A stretch of 61,973 nt of DNA, the filler included, from Actinomycetota bacterium (lineage in GTDB: Bacteria; Actinomycetota; Actinomycetes; JAKEEW01), in NCBI GenBank assembly GCA_046725875.1. It is 5 parts of 5 records of this genome, joined end to end, with 100 filler letters (N's around TTAATTAATTAA, not from the genome) between each part and the next. Parts side by side here need not be neighbours in the genome. Positions count along the whole stretch, not along the records: positions 10,394 to 29,119 come from JBKOZJ010000044.1; positions 29,220 to 48,535 come from JBKOZJ010000045.1; 3 more parts are not named here. One strand, 5' to 3'. This document shows, piece by piece, positions 20,380 to 30,914 of this stretch. A program made the translations under genes and the position numbers. The notes under the pieces were generated by a model. It was given only the letters and a program-made list of their open reading frames with translations, searched no databases and was not told where the DNA came from. Each line of letters opens with the position of its first letter. Within the stretch, counting starts at the first letter, position 1.

Positions 20380-21171
20380 TTAGGTGGGGCGGCGGCGGAT
20401 CTTGCGACCGAGCCAGACCAGCGGGTCGTACCGGGTGTCAACGACACGCTCCTTCATCGGGATGATGCCGTTGTCGGTGATCTTGATTCCCTCTGGGCAG
20501 ACCTCCGTGCAGCACTTCGTGATGTTGCACAGCCCAAGCCCCGCCTGATCCTGCGCCAGACGCTTCCGGTCGTTCGTATCGAGCGGGTGCATGTCGAGCT
20601 CTGCGAGCCGGATGAAGAAGCGCGGCCCGGAGAAGGTCGGCATGTTCTCCTCGTGGTCTCGGATCACATGGCAGGTGTTCTGGCACAGGAAGCATTCAAT
20701 GCACTTGCGGAACTCCTGCGACCGCTCCACATCGACCTGCGCCATCCGATAGGTGCCGTCCGGGTCCCGCGGCCTTGGCATGAAGGCGGGGATCTCCTTG
20801 GCCTTCTCGTAGTTGAAGGACACGTCGGTGACGAGGTCTTTGACGACCGGGAAGGTACGCAGCGGCGCTACCGTAACCGTCTCGCCCGGCTCGAAGTCGC
20901 CCATCCGTGCCATGCACATCAGGCGCGGCTTGCCGTTGATCTCGGCCGAGCACGAGCCGCACTTGCCAGCCTTGCAGTTCCACCGGACGGCCAAATCACC
21001 GGCCTGGGTTGCCTGCAGCCGGTGGATAACGTCCAGGACGACTTCGCCCTCGTTGACCTCGACCTCAAAGTCCACCAGGGAGCCACCGTCCGCCGACCCG
21101 CGCCAAACCCGAAAGTGCCTCGTCCCGGCGGCGCCCTCCGCGGGACCCCCCGCCGGGCTCACTACGCTCAT
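20380..21171 (-). CDS. sdhB: Succinate dehydrogenase iron-sulfur subunit (Sdh1/Rv0247c type)
   Basis: CKAGKCGSC, CIECFLCQNTC, CNITKCCTEVCP; start overlaps the sdhA stop (TAATG). Confidence 0.93.
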   Translation of the reverse strand: MSVVSPAGGPAEGAAGTRHFRVWRGSADGGSLVDFEVEVNEGEVVLDVIHRLQATQAGDLAVRWNCKAGKCGSCSAEINGKPRLMCMARMGDFEPGETVTVAPLRTFPVVKDLVTDVSFNYEKAKEIPAFMPRPRDPDGTYRMAQVDVERSQEFRKCIECFLCQNTCHVIRDHEENMPTFSGPRFFIRLAELDMHPLDTNDRKRLAQDQAGLGLCNITKCCTEVCPEGIKITDNGIIPMKERVVDTRYDPLVWLGRKIRRRPT

Positions 21172-22976
21172 TACCTCTCCTCGAAAAACTGCTTGAGCTC
21201 GTCCGGCATCTCCGGAAGCGGCTGCTGTGTCACCGTGAGCTTGCTGTCCTCGAGCCGGAGCGCGAGGTTGAGCTTTCCCCACTCCGGGTCGGCCAGCGGG
21301 TAGTCGTCACGCGTATGGCCACCTCGGCTCTCCTTGCGCTCGAGCGCGGCGCGGGCGATGCATTCCGAAACCAGGAGCATGTTGCGCAGGTCGAGGGCCA
21401 AGTGCCAGCTCGGGTTGAACCGGCGGTCGCCGGACACGGTCAGTCGCTCGGCCCGCTCCTCGAGCACCGCGATTCGGTCCAGTGCCTCGGTAATCTCGCT
21501 CGCCGTTCGGATCAAGCCGACGAGGTCGTTCATGGTCTGCTGGAGCTCCTGGTGGAGGGTGTACGGGTTCTCGCCGCCGGTCCGCTCGAACAGCTCGAGG
21601 TCCTGCCGCTGCGCTTCCTGTACCGCCGCCGGCAGCGCGGTCGGCCGGGCACCGAGACCGCTCACGTATTCGGCCGCAGCATCGCCAGCCCTTTTGCCGA
21701 ATACGAGCAGATCAGACAGCGAGTTGCCGCCGAGCCGGTTGGAACCGTGCATACCGCCTGCGACCTCGCCCGCCGCGTACAGACCGGGCACGATCGACGC
21801 CTGCGTATCGGCATCGACCTCAACCCCGCCCATCACGTAGTGGCAGGTCGGGCCGATCTCCATCGGCTCCTTTGTGATGTCGACCCCGGCCAGCTCCTTG
21901 AACTGGTGGTACATCGACGGCAGGCGCTTCTTGATGTAGTCGGGCGAGCGCCGCGACGCGATGTCGAGGTAGACGCCGCCATGCGGAGAGCCGCGGCCCG
22001 CCTTGATCTCGGCGTTGATGGCTCGGGCAACTTCGTCCCGGGGGAGTAGCTCGGGCGGCCGCCGGTTGTTCTTCTTGTCCTCATACCACCGGTCGGCTTC
22101 CTCCTCGCTGTCGGCCGTCTCGGCTTTGAAGAACTCCGGGATGTAGTCGAACATGAATCGCCGGCCCGCGGAGTTGCGGAGCACGCCGCCGTCGCCTCGG
22201 ACGGACTCGGTGACCAGAAGGCCGCGCACCGACAGCGGCCACACCATTCCGGTCGGGTGGAACTGGACGAACTCCATGTTGATCAGCGATGCGCCGGCCC
22301 GCAGGGCGAGCGCGTGCCCGTCGCCCGTGTACTCCCAGGAGTTCGAGGTGACCTCGTACGACTTTCCGATCCCTCCGGTCGCCAGCACGACCGCCGGCGC
22401 GCCGAAGACGACGAAGCTGCCAGTGTCCCGCCAGTAGCCGAACGCACCGGCGATCCGCGGCTCCCCGGCCGACTCGTCCCGGAGGAGATCGGTAATCGTG
22501 CACTCCATGAAGACGTCGATGCCCAGCGCCACCGCCCGCTGCTGCAGGGTTCGGATCATCTCCAGGCCGGTGCGGTCCCCGACGTGGGCCAGCCGGGCAT
22601 AGCGGTGACCGCCGAAGTCGCGCTGGGAAATGAGACCGTCCTTAGTGCGGTCGAAGAGCGCACCCCACTCCTCGAGCTCCCGCACCCGCGCGGGCGCCTC
22701 TTGGGCGTGGAGTTGGGCCATCCGCCAGTTGTTGAGCAATTTGCCGCCCCGCATGGTGTCGCGGAAGTGGACCCGCCAGTTGTCCTCTGGCCACAGATTT
22801 CCCATCGCGGCGGCGATGCCACCCTCGGCCATCACGGTGTGGGCCTTGCCAAGCAGCGACTTACAGACGATCGCGGTGCGGGCGCCGGATTCATGGGCGG
22901 CGATGGCAGCACGTAGGCCGGCACCGCCGGCGCCGATGACGATGACGTCGTACCTGGGTCGTTCGAGGTCGGACAT
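21171..22976 (-). CDS. sdhA: Succinate dehydrogenase flavoprotein subunit (Sdh1/Rv0248c type)
   Basis: GAGGAG, HTVMAEGG (FAD-His), QFHPTG, HGSNRLGGNSL, ESRGGH. Confidence 0.95.
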   Translation of the reverse strand: MSDLERPRYDVIVIGAGGAGLRAAIAAHESGARTAIVCKSLLGKAHTVMAEGGIAAAMGNLWPEDNWRVHFRDTMRGGKLLNNWRMAQLHAQEAPARVRELEEWGALFDRTKDGLISQRDFGGHRYARLAHVGDRTGLEMIRTLQQRAVALGIDVFMECTITDLLRDESAGEPRIAGAFGYWRDTGSFVVFGAPAVVLATGGIGKSYEVTSNSWEYTGDGHALALRAGASLINMEFVQFHPTGMVWPLSVRGLLVTESVRGDGGVLRNSAGRRFMFDYIPEFFKAETADSEEEADRWYEDKKNNRRPPELLPRDEVARAINAEIKAGRGSPHGGVYLDIASRRSPDYIKKRLPSMYHQFKELAGVDITKEPMEIGPTCHYVMGGVEVDADTQASIVPGLYAAGEVAGGMHGSNRLGGNSLSDLLVFGKRAGDAAAEYVSGLGARPTALPAAVQEAQRQDLELFERTGGENPYTLHQELQQTMNDLVGLIRTASEITEALDRIAVLEERAERLTVSGDRRFNPSWHLALDLRNMLLVSECIARAALERKESRGGHTRDDYPLADPEWGKLNLALRLEDSKLTVTQQPLPEMPDELKQFFEER

Positions 22977-22994
22977 CGCGGCGTGTTACCCCTG

Positions 22995-23825
22995 TCAGAA
23001 GAAGCGCGGGTCGGAGATCGTGCCGTTGGCGACGAGGTAGACATAAAAGTCGGCGAGCGCGACCACGATCATTGACACCCACGCCAGCAGCATGTGCCGC
23101 GCGTTGAGCCTTGATATCTGGTTCCACATCCAGTATCGGATCGGATGCCTCGAGAATGAGTTGAGCCTGCCCCCCACGATGTGTCGACAGGAATGGCAGG
23201 ACAGCGAGTAGACGGCAAGCAAAATCGCATTGACGAGCAGCACCAGCGTTCCGACGCTCAGGTGGCCCCATTCGCCGTCCTCGTTCCGGAACGCCAGGAT
23301 CGCGTCGATGAAGAGGATGACGTTGACGATCAGCGCGAGGTAGAGGAAATACCGGTGAATGTTCTGCCAGACCAGCGGGAAGCGGGTCTCGCCGCTGTAT
23401 CTGTTGTGCGGCTCGGCGACTGCACAGGCGGGTGGTGACAGCCAGAAGGAGCGGTAGTAAGCCTTGCGGTAGTAGTAGCAGGTGAGCCGGATGCCGAGCG
23501 GAATGGGCAGGATCAGCAGGGCGGGGGAGAGCTTCCACCATTCGCCGACGATTGGTACCTGGAAGCTGCCCTCCACGCAGTTCTCGGCGACGCACGGTGA
23601 ATAGAAGGGCGAGACCAGCGGCTCGGCCACGTAGTACTTGTTCTGGAACGCCCGCAGGGTCGCGTAGACGGCGAACGCCAGCAGCCCGGCGAAAGTGAGC
23701 GCGGGCGCGACCCACCATCGATCGGTCCGGAGCGTCCGATCGGCAATCGCGGCACGCCGCTCGGGACGCTTCGTTTCGGGCGGGGACACCGGGGGCCCAC
23801 CCGCTGGGACAGTGTCCGTGGCCAT
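22995..23825 (-). CDS. Succinate dehydrogenase membrane anchor (Rv0249c type)
   Basis: Several TM helices with RTLRTDRWW, SPFYSPC, LTCYYYRKAYYRSF and SCHSCRH; first gene of the sdh operon. Confidence 0.88.
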   Translation of the reverse strand: MATDTVPAGGPPVSPPETKRPERRAAIADRTLRTDRWWVAPALTFAGLLAFAVYATLRAFQNKYYVAEPLVSPFYSPCVAENCVEGSFQVPIVGEWWKLSPALLILPIPLGIRLTCYYYRKAYYRSFWLSPPACAVAEPHNRYSGETRFPLVWQNIHRYFLYLALIVNVILFIDAILAFRNEDGEWGHLSVGTLVLLVNAILLAVYSLSCHSCRHIVGGRLNSFSRHPIRYWMWNQISRLNARHMLLAWVSMIVVALADFYVYLVANGTISDPRFF

Positions 23826-24017
23826 CGCCTTAGGCCTTTCCGAATGATCGTCTGGTGGCCCGGTTCGCCGAAACCGGGCGGACAGAGCGTAGAGGCCAGC
23901 TCACTGCCGTGAACCGCGGGGGTCCTGCTTTGGGTCGCGGCGCGCCGCCGCGAGTCGGTCGGGCCCGTCCGACCGCAGTTTGCCGCGTTGTGGGGCGCTG
24001 CGCCATAACCGCACGGC

Positions 24018-24968
24018 GTGAGATCTCTCACGCGGCACTCGCCGCCATCCGGGGACGGCCCGGGGAGTCGGAGCGGACCCGCGGGTGGTGTCTCTAGTTC
24101 ACAACGGCTGCCAATAACGGTGTCGGGCACCGAACGCCCCGTGGCAAACTGCGGGTTCGTGACCGCGCAGTCCCGACCAAGTCGATACCTGGCTCGGCTG
24201 TGCGTCACGGTCGGCGCATGCTTGTTGCTGATCGCCGCTGTGGCAGCCGTTCTCTTCGCCCGTGATCAGGTCGCTCAGCGCGCCTACACGGGCGCCGAGG
24301 CGTGTGGGGCCGACCCCACCCGCGACTGCTGGGTCGAGATATCAACGGTCGTGGTCGAAAAGCGGGAGGTTGACCGGATTCTCTCGGCGGACGAGCAGGT
24401 GGTCCGGATCAATGACTTCGACGGTTTGCAAGTCGCGCTTACCGACGGCGAGCGACTCTGGTCCCGCCTCCAGATCGGCGACCACCTCACGCTGCGGCTC
24501 TGGCATGGCGACTTCGTGCATGCGAGCGCCTGGGGGGTTTCGGCGGAGACCACCCACAGTCCGTTGGTTGGCGGCTCCCGATGGTTCGCGGCCACGGTTG
24601 GGATCTTCGGCCTGGCAGTTCTGCTCCTGCTCGCCGGACTGGGCCGGCTACGCCTTCCGTGGGTCGGCCGCCCAGCGCCGGTCAACGGCCCGGGAGCCGG
24701 CACATCGTTGTCGTCGCGTTTGTACGGATGGGTGGCACAGGCGGCTCTTGCGACGATCGCGGTCGGCGCCGTCGGTATGGCCGCAACCCTGGTCACGCTG
24801 TCGGCCCCCCTGCTGATCGTGACGCTGCTGGGCCTGTCGCTGTGGGCGCTGGCCGAGGTGGCCGGGCAGACCGTTCGGGTGCTGCGCAGGCACTCCACTG
24901 CGGCCCCTCCCGCTCCGGCGGCAATCCCCGCACAGCGGGCGACGGGTGCGCAGACTCGCAGTCACTGA
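24018..24968 (+). CDS. Hypothetical membrane protein (start uncertain, possibly GTG 24159)
   Basis: Long ORF with ~4 hydrophobic helices and a Cys-pair loop; no family recognised. Confidence 0.6.
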   Translation: MRSLTRHSPPSGDGPGSRSGPAGGVSSSQRLPITVSGTERPVANCGFVTAQSRPSRYLARLCVTVGACLLLIAAVAAVLFARDQVAQRAYTGAEACGADPTRDCWVEISTVVVEKREVDRILSADEQVVRINDFDGLQVALTDGERLWSRLQIGDHLTLRLWHGDFVHASAWGVSAETTHSPLVGGSRWFAATVGIFGLAVLLLLAGLGRLRLPWVGRPAPVNGPGAGTSLSSRLYGWVAQAALATIAVGAVGMAATLVTLSAPLLIVTLLGLSLWALAEVAGQTVRVLRRHSTAAPPAPAAIPAQRATGAQTRSH

Positions 24969-25166
24969 ACGGACAGACCTGCCCGGCCGCCGGCTGCGGC
25001 GAATTTCTCATGCATTCTCAAACCTAGAACAAAGCATTGGTAAATTTGGCGGCTTGCCCAATTTGATCCCACGATAGCGCAAATAGTTTACAAAATCCGC
25101 AGGTCAAACGCCGAATTCACGCCGCCCGTGAGGTCCAAAATAAGGCATCAATACAACTACTCGATT

Positions 25167-25325
25167 ACAAATTGGCGACGACTGCTTAGCAGCAGATATC
25201 AAGCGGAAGTAATTCGCGCATAGCCTGCGGCTGTTCGGCTAAGGCCGATGGAATCATCCGCCAATAGCCGAGTCGATCGCCGATCGGCGACCGGTCAGCA
25301 CCTGGAGAGAAGGTGGATCGACCTG
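25167..25325 (+). promoter_or_regulatory. Conserved upstream region, copy 1 (promoter/5' leader)
   Basis: Aligns along its length with 27424-27584 (ACAAATTGG.GACGACTGCTT, AGCGGAAGTAATTCG.GCATAGCCT, GAGAGAAGGTGGATCGACCTG). Confidence 0.75.
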
Positions 25326-27119
25326 ATGGCGAACTTCCGTACTTCAGCCAAGCTGGGCGCCGTCGCAGCAGCCGGCGCCTTGGCATTGGCGGCCTGCGGC
25401 GGAGGAGACGATGACGGAGGTGGGACCAGCACCGGGCAGGGCGCGCCGGCGTTCAATATCTCCACCTCCACAATCATCAACCCCTCGGACAAGACGGGCG
25501 GCACGCTCAAGCTCGGGGCGGGTTCCGACTGCGACTCATGGGACCCGGCCCGCGCTTATTACGGCTGGTGCTGGAACATGCAACGGCTTTATGCCCGTAC
25601 CCTGTTGGGCTTCGCCTCCGACCCGAAGAAGGCGGCGACCGTCGTACCCGACCTGGCGACCGCACCGGGTAAGCCGAACGCGGACTTCACCGAATTCACC
25701 TACACACTGCGCGACGGGCTCAAGTACGACGACGGAACGCCGGTGAAGTCGGCGGACATCAAGTACGCGCTGGAGCGGGCCTTCGCGACCGACGTGATCA
25801 ATGGCGGCCCCACGCAGTACTACTTCCCGCTGCTCGACGATGGCGCGTTCAAGACCGGGACGCCTACCTACCAAGGCCCCTACAAGGACAAGAGCGGCCA
25901 GCTGATGGTCAGCGGCAAGCCGGCCATCGAGACCCCGGACGACAAGACGATCGTCTTCCACCTGACGCAGTCGTACTCGTCCTTCGACTACTTGATGGCG
26001 ATGGGTCCGTCGTCGCCGATCCCCCAGGCGAAGGACGACGGGGAGAACTACACCCAGCACCCGGCGTCAACGGGTCCGTTCAAGATCACGCAATACGACG
26101 CGGACACTGGGATCACGTTCGAGCGGAACCCGAATTGGAGCCAGGCGACCGACCTAATCCGCAAGCCGAAGCTCGACAAGATCGAGATCACGTACATCAC
26201 AAACCTGGACGACCTCGACGCCCGGCTGAAGGCCGGCAGTCTCGACGCCAGGGCGGACGCTGACCTCCAGCCGACGTTCCAGAACGAGGCGTTCGCGGAT
26301 CCGAACCTGAAGAAGAACGTCGACAACCCGGTGGACGGCTCGACCCAATACCTGGCCATCTCGCCGGACGTCAAGCCGCTCGACAATGTCCACTGCCGCC
26401 GTGCGGTGGCCTATGCCATCGACAAGGAAGCCTGGCGGCTTGCCTACGGCGGCGCGGTCCTGGGTGACATCGCCGGCAGCATGACTCCGTCCGGGCTGGC
26501 TGGGCACGACCCGAAGGCGAATATGTACCCGAACGGCGCGGACAGCAAGGGTGATCTCACCAAGGCCAAGGACGAGCTCGCTCAGTGCGGTCAGCCGAAC
26601 GGGTTCAGCACCAACCTGGCGTTCGTCAACCAGGGCACCGGTGGCGCTCGGGCCGCCGCGATTCAGGAGGCGCTCGGCCGGGTCGGCATCAGGGTGTCGC
26701 CAAAGGCAGGCGAGGCCGACACCTACTACACGCAGTACATCGGATCGCCGGACAGCGTCAAGAAGAACAAGTTGGGCCTGATGGCCGCCGGCTGGGGCGC
26801 CGACTACCCGACCGCCAATGGGTGGTGGTACTCCATCGCGCACAGCAAGGCGAACAACCCGACGAGTGACAGCAACTATGTCAACCTTCGCGATCCGAAG
26901 GTCGACCAGCTGCTCGATCAGATCCTGACGGCCAAGGAAGATCAGTGGACCAAGTTTGGCCGCGAGATCGACGACCAGGTTATGTCAGACGCGGTAATGA
27001 TCCCGCTCGTGTTTACCAAGAGCGTCTACTACCGCAACCCGCGCCTTACCAACGTCTACTCGACCAACTTCTTCGCCCTCTATGACTGGGTGAACATCGG
27101 CGTCAGCGACGGCGCCTGA
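25326..27119 (+). CDS. ABC transporter family-5 peptide-binding lipoprotein (BldKB-like), copy 1
   Basis: Lipobox LAAC, DSWDP, PDLA, YTLRDGLKYDDG, TGPFKI, WGADYP. Confidence 0.92.
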   Translation: MANFRTSAKLGAVAAAGALALAACGGGDDDGGGTSTGQGAPAFNISTSTIINPSDKTGGTLKLGAGSDCDSWDPARAYYGWCWNMQRLYARTLLGFASDPKKAATVVPDLATAPGKPNADFTEFTYTLRDGLKYDDGTPVKSADIKYALERAFATDVINGGPTQYYFPLLDDGAFKTGTPTYQGPYKDKSGQLMVSGKPAIETPDDKTIVFHLTQSYSSFDYLMAMGPSSPIPQAKDDGENYTQHPASTGPFKITQYDADTGITFERNPNWSQATDLIRKPKLDKIEITYITNLDDLDARLKAGSLDARADADLQPTFQNEAFADPNLKKNVDNPVDGSTQYLAISPDVKPLDNVHCRRAVAYAIDKEAWRLAYGGAVLGDIAGSMTPSGLAGHDPKANMYPNGADSKGDLTKAKDELAQCGQPNGFSTNLAFVNQGTGGARAAAIQEALGRVGIRVSPKAGEADTYYTQYIGSPDSVKKNKLGLMAAGWGADYPTANGWWYSIAHSKANNPTSDSNYVNLRDPKVDQLLDQILTAKEDQWTKFGREIDDQVMSDAVMIPLVFTKSVYYRNPRLTNVYSTNFFALYDWVNIGVSDGA

Positions 27120-27191
27120 TCACCCGGTGAGGGCCGGGCACGGTTTTCCTTGGGGATGCCTGACTGGTCAAGACGGAGGCGGTGAGGCAAC

Positions 27192-27230
27192 AAGCGGGGC
27201 CGGTGGCGAAGTAGCCACCGGCCCCGGCTT
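27192..27230 (+). terminator. GC-rich terminator-like hairpin after binding protein copy 1
   Basis: 12-bp stem GGGGCCGGTGGC/GCCACCGGCCCC with a 6-nt loop. Confidence 0.7.
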
Positions 27231-27423
27231 CGTGCGCCAGGTAGGTAGACCGCCATTGGAAATCTCAATTCATCGCCAATGGCGAATAAAGCAGTAGTAA
27301 AGCCAGCGCATTTCCAATTCCCGGGAAGCTCGCTGCAAAGAGAATGCAAAACTGGCACGTAGCAGCGCCGGATTCTGGGCTGCCAGCGAGTTAAGTCGCG
27401 CTTCGAAATGCGGCTGGCCGGTC

Positions 27424-27584
27424 ACAAATTGGTGACGACTGCTTTGTGTTTCATATCGAGCGGAAGTAATTCGTGCATAGCCTTCGGGTATTCGGCCAAA
27501 TGGCTGATGCAACCATCTGCTAATGGCCGGGACGGTCGCCGACCGGCGGCCGGCCAGCGCATTGAGAGAAGGTGGATCGACCTG
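27424..27584 (+). promoter_or_regulatory. Conserved upstream region, copy 2
   Basis: Homologous to 25167-25325. Confidence 0.75.
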
Positions 27585-29119
27585 ATGGCGAACTTCCGTA
27601 CTTCCGCCAAGCTAGCCGCCGTCGCCGCCGCCGGCGCCTTGGCCTTGGCGGCCTGCGGCGGCGGAGACGATGACACAGGTGGAGGCGGCGCCGGCGCCGG
27701 CGCCCCCGCGTTCAACATCTCCACCACCACGATCGTCAACCCGTCGGACAGGACGGGCGGCACGCTCAAGCTCGGTGCGGGTTCCGACTGTGACTCGTGG
27801 GACCCGGCCCGCGCCTATTACGGCTGGTGCTGGAACATGCAGCGGCTTTATGCCCGCACCCTCATGGGCTTCGCGCCCGACCCGAAGAAGGCGGCGACAG
27901 TCGTTCCCGACCTGGCGACCGCGCCCGGCAAGCCGAACGCCGACTTCACCGAGTTCACGTACACCCTGCGCGACGGTCTCAAGTACGACGACGGAACGCC
28001 GGTCAAGTCCGCGGACATCAAGTACGCCCTGGAGCGCGCCTTCGCCACCGACGTGATCAACGGTGGCCCGACGCAGTATTACTTGCCTCTGCTCGACGAC
28101 GGCGCGAACAAGACCGGTACTCCCACCTACCAGGGCCCCTACAAGGACAAGGACGGTCAGCCGATGGTCAACGGCACGCCGTCCATCGAGACTCCGGACG
28201 ACAAGACGATCGTCTTCCACCTGACGCAGGCCTACTCCTCCTTCGACTACCTGATGGCGATGGGGCCGTCCTCGCCGATCCCGCAGGCGAAGGACGACGG
28301 GGAGAACTACACCCGGCACCCCGCGGCGACCGGTCCGTTCAAGATCACGCAGTACGACCAAGACACGGGAATCACGTTCGAGCGGAACCCGAACTGGAGC
28401 CAGGCGACCGACCCGATCCGCACGCCGAAGGCCGACGGTATCGAGATCACGTACATCACGAACCTGGACGACCTCGACGCCCGGCTCAAGGCCGGCACCC
28501 TGGACGCGCGGGCGGACGCCTTCCTGCAGCCGACCTTCCAGAACGAGGCGCTCGCCGATCCGAACCTGAAGAAGAATGTCGACAACCCGGTGGACGGCTC
28601 CGTGCGTTACATCAGCATCTCGCCGGACGTCAAGCCGCTGGACAACGTCCACTGCCGTCGGGCCGTCTTCTACGCGATCGACAAGGAAGCCTGGCGGCTC
28701 GCCTTCGGTGGCGGAATCACCGGCGATATCGCCGGCAGCATGACGCCGGCCGGGCTGCCCGGTCACGATGAGACGGCGAACATGTACCCGGATGGCGCGG
28801 ACAACAAGGGCGACCTGGCCAAGGCCAAGGACGAGCTCGCCCAGTGCGGCCAGCCGAACGGCTTCAACACCAACTACGCCTTCGTGAATCAGGGCACGGG
28901 TGACGACCGCGCCGCGGCCGTGCAGGAAGCGCTCGGCCGGGTCGGCATCAAGATCACGCCCAAGGCCGGTGAGGCCGACACCTACTACACGCAGTACATC
29001 GGCTCGCCGGACAGCGTGAAGAAGAACGGTCTCGGCCTGATGGACGCGGCGTGGGGTGCCGACTACCCGACCGCCAACGGTTTCTGGTACTCGATCGCCC
29101 ACAGCAAGGCGAACAACCC
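27585..29119 (+). CDS. ABC transporter family-5 peptide-binding lipoprotein, copy 2 (cut by contig end)
   Basis: Close paralog of 25326-27119 with the same lipobox and motifs. Confidence 0.92.
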
Positions 29120-29219
29120 NNNNNNNNNNNNNNNNNNNNNNNNNNNNNNNNNNNNNNNNNNNNTTAATTAATTAANNNNNNNNNNNNNNNNNNNNNNNNN
29201 NNNNNNNNNNNNNNNNNNN
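29120..29219. other. Artificial contig linker
   Basis: N44-TTAATTAATTAA-N44. Confidence 0.99.
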
Positions 29220-29483
29220 GTCGACATGCGGCACCAGCGACCCATCCGGCTCACGACGCAGTAGCCGGCGTTGCGCCGAGTCCACGACCAGCAGCCGGCC
29301 GTCGGGCAGGAAGTCGATGCACATCGGAAACGACCGGATGCTCACCACGACCTCGTGAGCGCCATCGGTGCCCACTGCGATCACCTGACCCGCGCCCCAA
29401 TCGGAGAACCACAGCCGCCCGTCGTGCCAGCGCGGTGACTCGCCGAACACGACCCCTTCCATCAAAACCTCGGGTACGCTCAC
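29220..29483 (-). CDS. SMP-30/gluconolactonase family protein, N-terminal part
   Basis: FGESPRWHDGRLWFSDW and FLPDGRLLVV; GGAGG RBS. Confidence 0.88.
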
Positions 29484-29867
29484 GTCGTACCTCCATCTCG
29501 ATCAGTACGGACCAGGCCGGGCTGCGGAACCGCCCCGGTGCACGCGACCACCGCGCCAGCGCAGGCCTACTCCTTGGTGCAGCGATGGACCAGGACGAGC
29601 GTAGCTGCCGCCGCGCGATCATGTAGGGACGCGGCTTGAGGCCAGCATCTCCGGCCGGCCCGACAATGGGCTAAACGCAACGGACCCAAGGTCCCGCTCG
29701 TAGCTTTGGAAGCCATCACGCCAATGACTGACGGGCCACCGGAAGTACGCCCACGAGTTTGCAGTGTTGGTCAATAGAGCACTCACTTCGTGAACCGGGG
29801 GCACTCCTGACCAGAACGTGCAGTGAGGAGCACCGATCCGGGGGTCGTGCGACAGAAGTGAGGCGTT

Positions 29868-30533
29868 GTGACACAGAACACGGCATCTGAAGAGCTTGCG
29901 GGCCGCAACTCCACGGCGAACCTTGGTCGGCTCGTCGCCGATTTCTGGTTCGACCCGGTCTGTCCGTGGGCCTGGATGACCTCACGCTGGATGCTCGAGG
30001 TCGAGCGGGTCCGCCCGGTGAGCACCCGCTGGCATGTGATGAGCCTGTCTATTCTCAACGAGGGTAGGGAACTGTCCGAGCGCTACCAGCGGTTGATGGA
30101 CGAGGCCTGGGGGCCCGCACGGGTATGCATCGCCGCGGTCGAGGAACACGGTCTGGAGGTCCTGCTGCCGCTCTACACGGCGCTGGGTATCCGTTTCCAC
30201 CTCAGAAGGGAACCGAAAGACCGGAACACGATCGAGGCGGCACTCGCTGAAGCGAGGCTTCCAGTCTCGCTCGTCGGTGTAATGGACTCGACCGCGCACG
30301 ACGAGGCGCTGCGCCGTTCTCACCATGAAGGCATGGACCAAGTCGGCGACGATGTCGGTACGCCGGTGATCAGTGTGGGTCGATCTGCTCTGTTCGGCCC
30401 CGTCGTCTCGCCAACGCCGCGCGGTGAGGCAGCTGGTCGTCTTTGGGACGGGTTTCTGCTCGTTGCCCAGACGGATGGCTTCTTCGAGCTCAAGCGCTCG
30501 CGGACCCGAGCTCCGATCTTGGAGCCGGTCTGA
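29868..30533 (+). CDS. DsbA-like thiol oxidoreductase (Rv2466c/mycoredoxin-2-like)
   Basis: FWFDPVCPWAWMTSRW, VGTPVI, GPVVSP and FFELKR motifs. Confidence 0.88.
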   Translation: MTQNTASEELAGRNSTANLGRLVADFWFDPVCPWAWMTSRWMLEVERVRPVSTRWHVMSLSILNEGRELSERYQRLMDEAWGPARVCIAAVEEHGLEVLLPLYTALGIRFHLRREPKDRNTIEAALAEARLPVSLVGVMDSTAHDEALRRSHHEGMDQVGDDVGTPVISVGRSALFGPVVSPTPRGEAAGRLWDGFLLVAQTDGFFELKRSRTRAPILEPV

Positions 30534-30723
30534 CAACCGACGGCCCTTTCTGGCCCGGTCCAAGGTCGCCCGCGGTCAGCGAACGAGCTGCCGGGGCTGC
30601 CGCACATCGGTCGCCTTATGCGAGCAGCGCAGACTCCTAAACGTCATCCTGCTCGGCGAACGCCCGAGGGTCGACGGTGCACAGGCCCTACCGGCGAAGC
30701 GCCACGATCTCGCGAGGCGTCCT

Positions 30724-30837
30724 CTAGGTCCGCGGATGACCATGGAGCAGGATAACGACCGGGCCCCGCCCGCCGTAGCGAACCCGAAGCACAACGTCGC
30801 CGATATCGATCTTCTCCAGCGCAAAGCCGTCGAACAT
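30724..30837 (-). pseudogene. Alpha/beta hydrolase (haloacetate dehalogenase-like) N-terminal remnant
   Basis: AGGAGG RBS then MFDGFALEKIDIGDVVLRVRYGGRGPVVILLHGHPRT-stop; no recognisable continuation. Confidence 0.75.
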
Positions 30838-30914
30838 CCAGTCCTCCTGGGACTCCGATGCCTCCGCGGTCCCGCCTGCTTTGCCTCCAGGTCAGAGCCC
30901 AAACCCTCGACGAG

